DNA of 63,737 nt, the filler included, from Calcarisporiella thermophila CBS 279.70 (lineage: Eukaryota; Fungi; Calcarisporiellomycota): the NCBI RefSeq assembly GCF_041956535.1. It is 11 parts of 11 records of this genome, joined end to end, with 100 filler letters (N's around TTAATTAATTAA, not from the genome) between each part and the next. Parts side by side here need not be neighbours in the genome. Positions count along the whole stretch, not along the records: positions 1 to 29,408 come from NW_027192217.1; 10 more parts are not named here. The stretch is one strand, 5' to 3'. Below are positions 1 to 12,829 of the stretch, piece after piece (the first letter of the stretch is position 1; each line of letters begins with the position of its first letter). A program made the translations under genes and the position numbers. The notes beneath the pieces were generated by a model, which was given only the letters and a program-made list of their open reading frames with translations, was not told the origin of the DNA and searched no databases.

Positions 1-82
1 GAAAACTTCTGAGATTACGAATATCTTATCCTTATTCTATATACTATCTTATATTCTACGTTACACAATCACCCAATAAAGA

Positions 83-154
83 TCTTCGGTAGTATAGTGG
101 TTAGTATTCCCGCCTGTCACGCGGGCGACCCGGGTTCAATTCCCGGCCGGAGAG
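83..154 (+). tRNA. tRNA-Asp(GTC)
   Basis: Cloverleaf: acceptor TCTTCGG/CCGGAGA, anticodon arm CCCGC-CTGTCAC-GCGGG, T-loop GGTTCAATTCC, followed by a TTTTT Pol III terminator. Confidence 0.96.
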
Positions 155-769
155 TTTTTATTCATTTTTCTTATTCTTGTAACAATCTTTAAAACTTAAC
201 ATTTGTTTATCGTAGTTCAATTTATATTTTAGATTCTACTTCTAACATATTGTGAAGCAGATAATTTTCAATAGTAAAATAGTAAAATAATTTATTTATA
301 ACCTCGTATTCATATTTTCATAACTCTCACCCTTCAAAATATCAGTAAAAACTAGCCTACAAAAAATCCGCCTGGTGAATACAAATAGATATCGTATGGA
401 AGCGCAGGTAGAAAATACGAACGGCGTTCGCAATTCCTTAAAGCTTCCGACCTTTTCATGTACTTTTCAACCTTTATTTATAAGGAGAGGAATTACAAAC
501 TATGATTATACTAAAAGGAAAGATATAGAGAAATGCAAATGTTCACCAACTTTTCTACATGCTTCTATATGATGTCTATTTGATTTTACAGAGCGGTCTT
601 TTTGTGGGAATTCGAGCAATCAAATTTTGAGTAAAGAAAGGCTTAAACTATAATTTACCAGGAAATTCGATGATGGTTACATCTACTTTATATTTGTTTT
701 TTAAATATAATGATATTGATAGAAAAGAAACAATGGTAAAAGATGCAAAAGTACCCTTTGCATTAAAAT

Positions 770-3648
770 TTACAATCCAGCAGCTCTAAGCTTTTTCGTA
801 AAAATTCTGTGGAATTCTTCGACGTGTTCATTATCCAATATAGTAAAGTGCTCACCGGGGACATCAACAAATTCGCATGCGTTTCTAGTGTATTCCTTCC
901 ATACAAATTGGCGTTGGACCCAGGACTCTTTCGTACACTCAAAACCATCAGATATAAAGCAGGTTAATGAACAAGATACTTTGCCCTTGAATGGATAATT
1001 CAAACCAATTTCGACAAGGTTTTTAGCCAGGTGAACCCATCGATCAAGTTTCTCTGGAGTCATGTCTAACTCAGCAAGACGGATAGGGCAGCACATAGCC
1101 CACACTTTGTTGATTTGTTCTTCTTGAGATAATGTCGCTAGTTCAGCTTTGAGATCCTCACGCCCTTGGAATTCAGCAGAACCAGTAATTGTACAATAAT
1201 TCTTCTGAACCAAGTTCAAGACCGAGCATAAATTAAGCAGAACACTCGTATAATTGATCTCGAAATTAAACAAATCTTGAAGCGGTGGGCCATCCACAAG
1301 ACCAGCAAAACCTACTGACTCTCCTTCGTCTTCAAAACGCTTTATCAGGTCGAAAACAACAGCGGATCCATATGAGTAACCACAAAGAACGTATGGACCA
1401 GTTGGTTGGACTTTTTTGATTCCCTTAAAATACACGTCGATCATTTCCTCATAAGATTGGAAAAATGGGTGCTCAATATTAAAACCACGAGCACGTAATG
1501 CATAAAATGGGTGATCATTTTTGAACAAATTAGCAAGGCCGATGAACACCAAGATCTCACCCGGTCCAGGATGGACAAAGAAGACAGGAGATTTAGATCC
1601 AGACGTGTTAAGTGGGATAACGGGGTCGTATTCTTGGGGGATTTTCCTATCAGAGCCATCTGCTTCGTATTGATTCTCGATCAATTTAGCCAGATCTTTT
1701 ACTTTTGGATGTTGTAGAATCCAGAGTAATGGAAATTCGATAGGCTTCGGAAGATCAGCGAGGATATTGGAGCGATATCTGATTGTTTCCAGTGAAGTTC
1801 CACCGAGATCGAAGAAATTAGAGTTAGCTCCCACCATATGTGACGGCAAATTAAGAATAGTTGACATATTCTTCGCTATGATTTTTTCAATTTTAGTGAC
1901 GCATTGTTCGAATTGCCCCATCTCACCGGCACGGACAAATTTCTGGATGTCATCCTCGATCTCTGAATATTTTCCTTCCTTATATGCCAATGCGATATGG
2001 TTGCGCGAAAATTTCCCTAAACTATTCTTTACAAACTCTGTTTGTGGCAGAGGCAGAATAGTCGATGGGCGGAAACCCCAATGCCGCACTGTTATATCAC
2101 GAATATTTTGATGAAGTCGAATAATCTGTCTTGAGTCATTAATATCACCCGCAGACTGATAAAAGACGCCAATTTCTTCCGTATCAGCAAGCGGCTTCCT
2201 AATTGGTATTACAGCAATGCCTGATATCTCGATGCCATCAATCCCGGACAGGATTTCTTCAAGCTCGTGAGAGTAATAATTTACGCCGTTGATGATGATC
2301 GTATCCTTGATACGGCCTGCGAGAATCAAACGTCCGTTTCCATCCAGGTATCCCTTGTCTCCGGTCTTAAACCAGCCGTCCGAAGTAAATGCTTGTATAG
2401 TGGCTTCTGAGTTATTCAGATACTCATTAAAGACCATAGGGCCCTTGACCTGTAATTCGCCAATTTCATTAGCTGGAAGCTCCATATCATTATTATCAAC
2501 TATTCGAATAGATGCGTTATTGACTGGATATCCAAGGGCAGAGAATTCCAAGCCTTGATCTGCAGAAACTGGTTCAGTATTAAAGACCATGCCTGCGCAA
2601 GTCTCTGTCATCCCGAACCCCGCTGATAATGCAGTTGAAGAAAGTCCATATTTCTCAAATATATGGAGAAACACTTCACGCGTTTTTACAACTAGTGCCT
2701 CTCCTCCCGTGTATAGGTTGCGCAAACTTGAAAGATCTCCGTGGGCAAGTTCACTATGAGCCACCTTTCCCTTGAATGCTTTGATAATTTTTCCAAATAG
2801 AAACGCAGGTGAAAAGGCATGCGTGACTTTATGTTTTGCTGACAGCTTAAGGAAATTAAGTGGGTCTGCCAAGATAAGCGCTGGGTGGACTTGGAGCTGA
2901 TTCATCCCCAGTGAAAGAGGTAATATATGATTTTCAATAAGCCCAGCAACATGGTCAAAATTCTACAAAATTATCAATAGATATAACTACAGTCAAAAAA
3001 TGTGCGTAAAACTAAGTTTCATGTACTTACAATCCAGTTGAAAAGGATATCATCAGATTTCAAATGAAAAGCTGAGTTTTTACCCTGAATAGCGGCATGA
3101 ACATTTTCATAAGTCAGTTTGACTATCTTGCTTAGACCAGTTGATCCAGAGGTAAGCATCAAGGCAGCTACATCAGTCGAAATTACAGGTTGCACTTTGC
3201 CATTTTCCTTGCGAATAATATTTGAGTATTTTACAACGCTCAGATCAGTGAGGTTTGTTTCACTAAGTAGGTTTGCAGTATTTTCGGTGGCTATGAAGAT
3301 GGGTCCCTCTAATAATTTGTTGATGTGGCTAATAATCGAGGCTCGCTTAGTGATATCCTGGTGGAGAGTTGCAAGAGGACAAGCAGATAGACCGCCCAAA
3401 CATGCTGCCCAATAGGTTTGAACAAACTCTATAGGATCTTCTAAGACAAGGACAATATTGCTCCCAGTTTCTGCACCCAGTGCTTGTAAACCGCCAAGTA
3501 ACTTGAGGGAAATTTCTAACGTTTCTCCATACGATACGAAAATTGGATTGTCAGTGAGACTTGTCTTAGAGCCATAGTAAAATATTCCTTTTTCAGGGAA
3601 ACGTTTAGATGTTTCGATAAGCGCCCTAGGATCCTTGACTGTTGCCAT
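770..3648 (-). CDS. NRPS-like synthetase, A-T-TE tridomain (AtrA/TdiA/RalA/MicA type), 2 exons, about 936 aa
   Basis: Exon 1 3648-3031 and exon 2 2962-770 are joined by a GT-AG intron (2963-3030), restoring NWI|NFDHVAG. A-domain motifs LTSGSTG, GFGMTET, FKTGD, GRIKD, NSLGK; T-domain FFDLGGTSL; TE motifs HPGPGE, GYSYG, PGEHF. No condensation domain. Confidence 0.93.
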
Positions 3649-4232
3649 AGTTAATATTGCCCCTCTTTTATGGAATATTGATATTTGCAGCCTCCAACAA
3701 AAATTTGATGGGAGTATTTATATGCTTGGAGGACCACTATTAGAACTATTTTCCGGTTCTTTATGTTCTGATTCTACAACTTTTTTTTTCTCGATGTCTT
3801 TGAACACCCTTGCCAAGCACTCCACGTAATATATGAATGAATACAAGCTTATGATATTGACCGCTTTTCAGCAATCATAATTATAATAAACCCAAGCAAT
3901 TATTGTAAAGCTATCCCAGGCTGTGCATTATTTTCTATATAAGGCGACACAATATCTATATAATATAGTTGTTGAAAAAAAAATCTTGTACTACAGCCAA
4001 AGATTTCTATATCCGAAAGAAGCTCTATCTAAATCTCACCTCTCTCTTCTTGTCCCCCGGCTCGTTCATCACGATGCTTTCATAATTAAGATTTTTAGAA
4101 CATTTTTACTACATGAGTCAGACATTTTGTAAAAATATTCATAGTAAACGAAGCAGTTTGAATATATAAAGCTATCTTTCTTCCTTTATCACCATCACAG
4201 CTCCAAATATGTTGATTTATAAAAGAAGCAAT

Positions 4233-4898
4233 ATGTTCTATATCACTCTAGTAATTTCTATTTGGACCTGTATAATTTTTGCCTCTCAGACCCTTGCTTC
4301 AGTTGACCTAACCAATACTGCGTTCCTATTTTGTGATTTGGAAAATGATGTATTGGCAGCCGTCCCAAACGATGCATTCGGACACCAATTCTTTAGTTCT
4401 CTTCAACAATTGTGGAATGTCGCTCACGGTGGCTCCAATAAAAATGTGCTTTCCATTAGTACAGCGGTTCGATTTCGCAAAGGCTACCCCGATATAAGTT
4501 CAAACAACAAAGCTCTGGCTGGCTTAAAAGCATCAGGCGGTAACGTCCTCGTTGAAGGGACTCACGGCGCGGACTTCAATTCCAGCTTTACGCCTACCAA
4601 AAAAGATATAGTTATTGTTAAACGCCGTGCTGACGCTACTTATAACACTGATCTGCTCACCATTTTGGATGCAAACAATATCAACCATATTATACTCGCT
4701 GGGTTTTCCACTTCCGGTGTTATTTTATCTACTACTCGGTCTGCATCTGATAGGGACTATAAAATCACGATTGTCAGAGATGCTTGCGCTGATGCCAATC
4801 AAACCACTCACAACTTCCTCATGAATGAGATATTCCCTCAGCAAGCCAATGTTGTGTATGTCAAAGATATAGCAGCGACTCTTAAAAAGCATCGCTAA
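4233..4898 (+). CDS. Isochorismatase-like (cysteine hydrolase family) protein with N-terminal signal peptide
   Basis: Intronless ORF with motifs FCDLEN, IVKRR, LAGFSTSGVILST, DRDY...DACAD and a hydrophobic leader MFYITLVISIWTCIIFASQTLA. An alternative ATG lies at 4209; TATA-like element near 4163. Confidence 0.88.
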   Translation: MFYITLVISIWTCIIFASQTLASVDLTNTAFLFCDLENDVLAAVPNDAFGHQFFSSLQQLWNVAHGGSNKNVLSISTAVRFRKGYPDISSNNKALAGLKASGGNVLVEGTHGADFNSSFTPTKKDIVIVKRRADATYNTDLLTILDANNINHIILAGFSTSGVILSTTRSASDRDYKITIVRDACADANQTTHNFLMNEIFPQQANVVYVKDIAATLKKHR

Positions 4899-5355
4899 AA
4901 TACGCCAATTTAATGTCCATTAGTTAAGTGTATAACACCTATTAATAAAATTGCTGATTATTATATACTCTATATTTTGGCTATTATTTAATTTAATTAG
5001 CTGTTCGAATAAATTATCATAAATTACTAGGTGCATATATTCCACAAATGTACATTATCCGATTTATAGTCTTTGGAATGTCGGTCAATATAAAATGGGT
5101 TTATCAGAAAATTAATGGAATTTCATACGCCATCAAGGTTTAAATTTACCTGCCAGAAAATCGTTGATATCAAGAAAAAAGCCCCTCTTTACCCAAAAGA
5201 TAATAACTGCACTTTGAGCTGATAATTTAGTACTATTTGATGGAAACAAATAAATGCATATCTCAAAATAAAAATTTAATGAGCTATAATACTAATCGTA
5301 TATTAAATTTTGGAAAATAAATATATTTTGTTATAAATAAATTATCAGAAAGTTG

Positions 5356-6009
5356 TTAACAAATGTTGCAAGTTTGAATGTTATTTTGAGCTCTAAACCA
5401 ATTTACTGCCACCGGGGTCAGATTGAATTTTTCCAAAAACTCGCTATACTTAAAATTAAATCTACTTGCTGTCAATCTTTTGAATTCATCGGATACCTCG
5501 ATTTTGCCAGATTGTCTAAGTAACAAGTAAACATAACGATGATACCCTACAAATGGTGGTGCATGTGCGCCAGTATAATCTAGAGCGAGATACCCATCCT
5601 TAGTGAGATCTTCCAAGGACTGGCCGCTAGAGGATGCCGGAATGTTCACTAAAATCAAGTGTGCGATTGGGCTCAAAAAAGGATAACCTGACAATGGCGC
5701 ATCCTATACATACATACGTTATTAATACAAATCATTATTTATGGTGCAGTTGAAATCCATAAAAATTATATGACTTACTAGGTCTAGATTCAACAAAGTG
5801 TAATAGGTCGGCTCCTCGTTATTCAAATTCCAAGAAATTTTCGTAGGTGTATTGGAACTTTCTGTAGCAGTAAGTGGTGTCCCATATTCTAGAGCAACCA
5901 CTCCATTAGCCACTTGGTATTCAACCTCAAGTTTTTGAGTAATGGTAAACTCAGGCAGAGATAAAAAAATATTTTCCTCAATTGCGCGCTGATGGGCTGT
6001 TTCTGGCAT
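5356..6009 (-). CDS. Phosphatidylethanolamine-binding protein (PEBP family), 2 exons
   Basis: GT-AG intron 5704-5778 restores YTLLNLDL|DAP; motifs HLILVNIP, YTGAHAPP, GYHRYVYLL. Confidence 0.88.
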
Positions 6010-6782
6010 TATGCTGTTTATGATATTGATATGAGAATAAGAAAAATAAGACAGAGTAGAGAAAAGTTCGTAGTATTAAATCAGAATTTTTATATGCTAC
6101 CAAATAGGATCAAAATGCCTTAGTTTAAGGATTACACAAACTGGAATATAAAGCAATATGAAAAAGGAAAAAGCATAAACAGGGTGATGAAGATGCCAAG
6201 CAAACTTAAATATAATTCAAAACTTAAATTGCAAGTTTAAACATAGTTTATAAACCGCAACATAGAATAATTCGATATACTTAAAATACTTCGCCAAATC
6301 TATTATTTATCCGCAAGCTCGTAAAGAAAACCAGGTCAACTACTCAATTACGTATTTTGAATATTTTATACGCCCGGATCCTCTTCGGATTTTATTGTAT
6401 TGCAAAATCTTGGCATATTTACCTCTTGCGTTAAAACTGGTTAACAATTGTTTACGCATGATAGGCATCCTACATCCACGGTTTAATCCCCGCGGTAAAA
6501 CGTTTAAGGATTCAAATGTAAACGGTTCATTTCAAGCACCGTTCCATTTCAGTATAAGTTTTCACGCTTCCATCCATAAATTCAGAATGATTCATAGAAG
6601 TTTATCCCCCGGAATAAACTGAAGTTGCCCTCTGGTATATGACGGGCAGTTATTGCTATTTAGCACCCCTGTTTAATAGAGGATCTTACTTATCCAATAG
6701 GCATTCTCAATCGACTTCATAAATTTTATTATAAGTACAGCAGTTGAATACATTTGGTTTCGATCCAATTCATTAACAACAA

Positions 6783-8584
6783 ATGGAAACGAGCAGAACA
6801 AGCAGAGATACAAGCCACTCCAATCATGAAAGCAACGACACAACTCAGAATACAGATAAAAATGCAAAACACCCTATGAACCGCGATAAGGATGAAGAAA
6901 AGGCTTATTCAGTCTTTACTACTAAGCGAAAATTATCGATAGTTTTAATAGTAGCAATAGCAGGCTTCTTTTCACCTCTCACTGCAAATATTTATTTCCC
7001 TGCCCTGGATACACTTCAACAGGTATTTTTTTTCCCGTAAGAAGCTTATTCTGAATGATTAAAGCACAGAAATTATTAATTAATTAACTTCACGATAGGA
7101 TTTTCATACCACAGCTGAAAATATAAATCTTACTATTACTTTGTACATGATATTTCAAGGAGTCGCGCCCATGCTATGGGGAACGCTTGCAGATTTTTAT
7201 GGAAGGAGAATTATATATATATCCACTTTTATTATCTACATATCAGTTTCTTGCGGGCTGGCTGTTACGAAGACATATTGGCTGCTCATGGTTCTGAGGA
7301 TGCTACAGGCATGTGGTTCCTCATCGGTGATAGCCATTGGTAAAAACACATATGATCCCTACCTATATTAAGTCTAATCTGATCATACAATCGAAGGTGC
7401 CGGTACAATATCGGACATATATTCACCTAGTGAAAGAGGTCAATATATGGGTTGGTTTTTTGTCGGTCCGCTAGCAGGGCCTGTGATTGGTATAATATTT
7501 TGCTATTCGTATTTTGTCTTTAGAAATTAATCATTTAAACGTTGCTATCCAGGTCCCATATTGGGTGGTGTCTTAGCAGAAAACTTAGGATGGAGATCCA
7601 TATTTTGGTTTTTGGCGATTGCCGGTGGGGTAATCCTTGTTATTGTTATATTCTTCCTTCCAGAAACTCTCCGTAGCATTGTGGGTGATGGCTCTCATCA
7701 GAAGCACCTCACTCCTTTCGATTGGTTCGTTTCTAAATGGTCTCGAAAGTCAGCTTTTAATACAACTGACATTATGGTTAATGACGAAGATAAGATGCAA
7801 CGACCCAACCCACTTGCTTCACTAAAATATTTCAAATATCCTACCGTCAGCCTTGTTTTAGCGTTCAACGCAATTTTATACGGTAGTTTCTACTGTATGA
7901 CCACATCTCTGTCCCCACTTTTTGCAAAGATATATCACCTAAACGCGGCAGAAGTCGGATTTTGTTTTATTGCAAATGGAGCTGGAAACATTGTTGGAAG
8001 TATAGCTGGTGGAAAACTTATGGATAGAGATTACAGAGTAGTGAAAAGCAAGGTTTTGCAAAGGTGGAGAGAGGAGGAGAGAGGAGAAGAAAATGACATG
8101 AAGATAGATATACCGGTTGAAGAAGCTCGATTGCGATCTATATGGTATCCAGCTGCCATGTTTTCAATTGGATTGTTGATATATGGTTGGATGCTGGCAA
8201 TCAAAACACATATAGCTGCCCCCTTGGCGTTTCAGTTTTTAAGTAAGGGAAAATATATTCTCTAATGCTATATATCATTTCAACATTAACCAATGGTTAA
8301 TACCTCTAGTCGGTGTAAGCGGTACCATGCCCTTCAATAATGTTTCGACGTATCTTGTAGATAGAATACCCGGTCGATCAGCTTCAATTACGGCAATTAA
8401 TAATTTGACTCGATGTGTGGTGGGCGCTGCCTGCGCAGCTTTCATTATTCCAATGCTGGATAGTTTAGGGAGTGGGTGGACATTTACTATTATATGTATT
8501 ATCAACCTTCTTTCGATGGGTTTGATGTTAACTGTCAAGTTTAAAGGAGCTGAATGGTCGAATAGGTTTAAAACTGATGGATGA
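6783..8584 (+). CDS. MFS drug:H+ antiporter (DHA1/Qdr-like), multi-exon
   Basis: Motifs FSPLTANIYFPAL, WGTLADFYGRR, LRMLQACG, GWRSIFWFL, LPETLR, EEARLR across short GT-AG introns. Confidence 0.92.
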
Positions 8585-8677
8585 AGAACGATTTCAACTA
8601 TCGACGCTCATGTATTTGGTCTTTGCTAATAAATATTTCCAAACACCATTAAAAAAGCATTTTTATAATTAGCTCAT

Positions 8678-9576
8678 TTAAAATAATAGTAGGAGCCCCA
8701 TACAAAGTACCAGGAGTATTGGAATATAACCCACCGACAAAATGGCGGAATTGTTTTTTATCTCATTGTATTTGATACACACGAAGGAGCTAAAATCAAA
8801 ACCCGATTCATTTCTCGAGACCATGGACAAAATAGGATAGTAATTTGCTCCTATGTTTGGTCCTGAAAGCTTTCCAAACTTCCCCCAGAATGCTCCGAGA
8901 AAACTGGGGGTATATTTACTCCAATATCCGGTGCGATTTGTAAAGCCAAATGCAATCGTGGAGTTAATAAAATTTGCACATCTAGGATCTTTTGTAAAAT
9001 CCCACTCAATAGTATTCTCACCTCCGACCAACCAATCATCATCATGTCTTGGTGATGTGATGCACTGATCAATATTTGATTTGTTTTGACACATTTCAGT
9101 CCAAGCATTAATAATTGAGGCATCTATTAAGATTCTGAGAGGTATATCTAATAAGATCAGGTTCATTAATATATCAGAGAGAAAAATCGAGAGAAAATAA
9201 AGATAACAATAATTAACCTACCAAAAACTCTCGGCGCTGTTAAATGGCTTTCCCTCGATCTAAAACCGATTCTGTGGTTTTCTTCATTTACAATAGTGTA
9301 TTCCGGATTGGAATACCCGGATTCAGAATTGAAAATGTTTCTAGTGCCAGGCATAATTGCAGTGACAAGAGTAGTATCAGCACCAACACTCTCGCTGAAG
9401 TTTGAAGTATAATCAGCCCTTCTTGGCATGATCCGTGGTGAGAATTCGCCGGTCAGTGTGTCATTGACGCTAGTTCCATTTGTGATTGCTATTGGAGAAT
9501 CTCGATCGATCTGAGTGGAGAGTCCAAACGCGTAGTTCTCAAAGAATATGAAAATGGAAAACAATATGAAATTCAT
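8678..9576 (-). CDS. Hypothetical secreted/GPI-anchored protein, 2 exons
   Basis: Two abutting ORFs can be joined by an intron (about 9146-9221). Signal-peptide-like N-terminus, several NxS/T sequons, 4 Cys, and a hydrophobic C-terminal tail after NNSA. Confidence 0.6.
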
Positions 9577-11163
9577 TTGATATTACAAAATTCAATATGT
9601 ATTTCGCTCCTTTATATACGCTAACTTGTGTATGACCAGTTCAAATATTGCAAGCTTATAGCATCCTAAGCATTTAAAATATCTGTGTTACTACCCTTTA
9701 AAGTTGAAGTTCAATTCACTTCCTAATATCACGATGAAATTTTTTTATGAATCCTTCAATTATCCATTGAATTTTACTCGGCTGTAAATAAAACATGGCA
9801 CTCCTACCAAGAAAGCCAAAAAAAAAAAAGAGGTTAACAACAAGAGGAAAAATAAAAAAAATTGCTAATCCATCAATTCGTTGAGACACTAATAGTCTAG
9901 TATTGCCTTAAAGATTACTTTTCATGTCAAATCCAAAATAAAACCATTGTCTATAAGTATTTAACCTATTCAGATCTAATAGTCATTGCTTTGAAATAAG
10001 CATCAACGTCATTTGACTACACTTTAAATTATACTGTACATTCGAAACCTTAAATATTAAAATCTCGCACTCGGTCCTGAAGAATGGCGGCGAAATTTTA
10101 TATCCCAATATTATAAATTCAGTAGTTGCAACTCAAGAATGATCACCGATGCTCATCAAAGTCTTGATAAATTATTTAAACCTTTCAAACATATCCTTAA
10201 GTGATTTAAAAGGTCCTTTGTTTAAATACTTTTTCACATATAAAGTTTTAGACTATTTAGTTATATCTATGTATATCTTTTTAATTTGGCTTCTTTTAAT
10301 CTCATTGTTGCTATCGATTTGTGCGACCACGACGCCTATTACAGTGCGCGTGTTTTTGATAATGCATACTGCTATAAATATGTGTTCTATAATATTATAA
10401 AAACTCCCTAGCCACATATATACCAAATAATGCTCTCATTAGTTTAGAGAGAATGATACTTAGACTTCGAGACTAACATTCGACTTTTCATATCCTCCGA
10501 TCTTATTTGGTAGAATCAGCTAATTGGCTTGGTAAAATTTTACAGATAACAATACAATGCTCCCCATGACAGCGGATGCAGTGCTAGAATATTATTGAAC
10601 CTAAAAATTGCTACCTTATAACAGCTGTATTAATTTAATTGGTTTTTTTCTAGATAAATCTAATAAAATAACACACATAATTAACAAAAGCAAAAGCTAG
10701 CAATTGGCAAGTGTAAAATCCAGCATTTCTTTTCTTGTTATAATTATAATTCTTTGCCCTTGGTAAGCATCTCAACCAAGTGGCTATACTTTTATAAATT
10801 TATTCCCCAATTATTTATATAATTCAATAAAGAATGAAGATGTATAGTTCTCAACATATAATATAACATATAATATGGTGCAGTTGCCATTTTATCAGAT
10901 ATTATCTTTCAATTGTCATCGTAAAGTAAACTTTTTATATTTTTATACTTTTCAATGTGGATATACATGTTTTGATATTACTATACTCAGGACCTTCAGT
11001 ACTATGTGTGCAAACTCATATCTTCTGCAACCACATTATATTTGCCTCTCCAGTTACGATTTAGCCACATTGCTCTAATGATTTAGTGGCTTAGCAGCTA
11101 CACTTTTTGGCCACCACGAAACCTATAATTTTTCTAGTAAATAACATTTCAATTAAATTAAGA

Positions 11164-12492
11164 ATGGATGCCAGTAACGCACTCAAGAACTGGCAACTTC
11201 AAAATCAGATTATAACAGTGGAAGAGCCAGATCAAATCTATTATTATGATCGCCAAAAGCAACAGCAGATTTTAAGTTCGCGACCATGGACTAAAGAGTA
11301 AAGTATTATCTGCTGTTGAGTTTCGAATCGAAAGTAACAAATTGTTATATTTTAGTCCCCATTATTTTACAAAAGTAATGATATCGGCTGTTGCGTTAAT
11401 TAAAATGGTAATTTTTTAAAGTTTCATCCTCTTTAAACATGATGGAAATAATATTTAAATTTAATTAATAAATATAGGTTATGCACGCGAGATCTGGAGG
11501 ATCTATTGAAATCATGGGCCTCATGCAAGGCAAGATTTCTGGTGATACGATGATAGTAATGGATGCCTTCGCGCTTCCCGTGCAGGGAACAGAAACACGT
11601 GTCAATGCTCAACAGGAAGGAAATGAGTACATGGTTACATATATAGAACGCATGCAAGAAATAGGTAGACATGAAAACGTAATTGGGTGGTATCACAGTC
11701 ATCCAGGATATGGATGTTGGCTGTCAGGAATTGACGTTAGTACGCAGATGCTCAACCAACAATACCAAGAGCCGTTTTTGGCAGTAGTGGTAATTTAATC
11801 TGCCCTCTTCAACTTATCCAATGAATAGAAAATGAAATTCCTTTATTTTATTGTTAAGATTGATCCAAACCGAACCATTTCCGCTGGCAAAGTTGAACTT
11901 GGAGCATTCAGGACTTACCCGCAAGGTTACAAGCCCCCTGATGAGGAGGCCTCCGAGTATCAAACGATACCGCTCGACAAAATTGAAGATTTTGGGGTAC
12001 ACTGCAAACAGTAATGTTTACCCCCTACCTAGCCTTGTGTGTTTATATTAACTAAAATGGATTGATTATAATAGGTATTACCAGTTAGAAGTTACATATT
12101 TTAAATCGAAACTCGACACACAACTCCTTAGCTTATTATGGAACAAATATTGGGTACACACTTTGTCACAATCTCCATTATTAACGGTGAAGTTCTCTCG
12201 CATTATCCTTTTACATTCACAATTAATATATTCTTTCCTTTATATATAGAACCGAGATTTCATGTCGCGTCAAATGATGGATCTGGCAGAAAAAATCGAC
12301 CAGGCAGATACACAATATCTCCAGAGTGGTCGTATGGGAATATACTCGGGAGGAGCTAATGGTGAGAAGAGAAAATCAGAGGAAACTCAACTCACCAGGA
12401 TCAATCGCGATAGCTGTAAAATAAGTTGCGAAGCGGCACGCGGGCTAATGTCGCAAGTGATTAAAAACATGCTCTTTAACAAATCAAATTAG
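11164..12492 (+). CDS. CSN5: COP9 signalosome subunit 5 (JAMM deneddylase), multi-exon
   Basis: [27 protein letters not shown] motif [33 protein letters not shown]. Confidence 0.96.
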
Positions 12493-12829
12493 TTTTTTTC
12501 TATATATAAAACAAGGACGACAGTATCTATGAGAGTCAATGGGCATACTGTTTTTGATCGTAAAAGCATTTTTCAATTGGAATTTTTAAAGGAATTATTA
12601 GTGCAGTGTGATCGTAGGAAAATCACCCACACAGATGCGTATGGAAACCTAAAAAAAAAGCTCGAGCTTGAGCCACACTGCAGTCTATTCCTTCCAATAC
12701 AACTCCAACGAAATCAGCACTCCAACACCTGCATATTATTAAATTTAGCGTTTTTCGGATTTTTGAAGCATTTTATTCCCGAATTATTAAAATACCAAGT
12801 ACAATTAAACCAGAAATACTCAAAACATC

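Noticed and set aside
1441-3415. Short antisense and alternate-frame ORFs over the NRPS-like gene (and similar ones over other genes)
   Set aside because: They are shadow ORFs of real coding regions with no independent motifs.
10077-10095. CTGAAGA...GAAA as a hammerhead ribozyme
   Set aside because: No convincing stem II or flanking stems.
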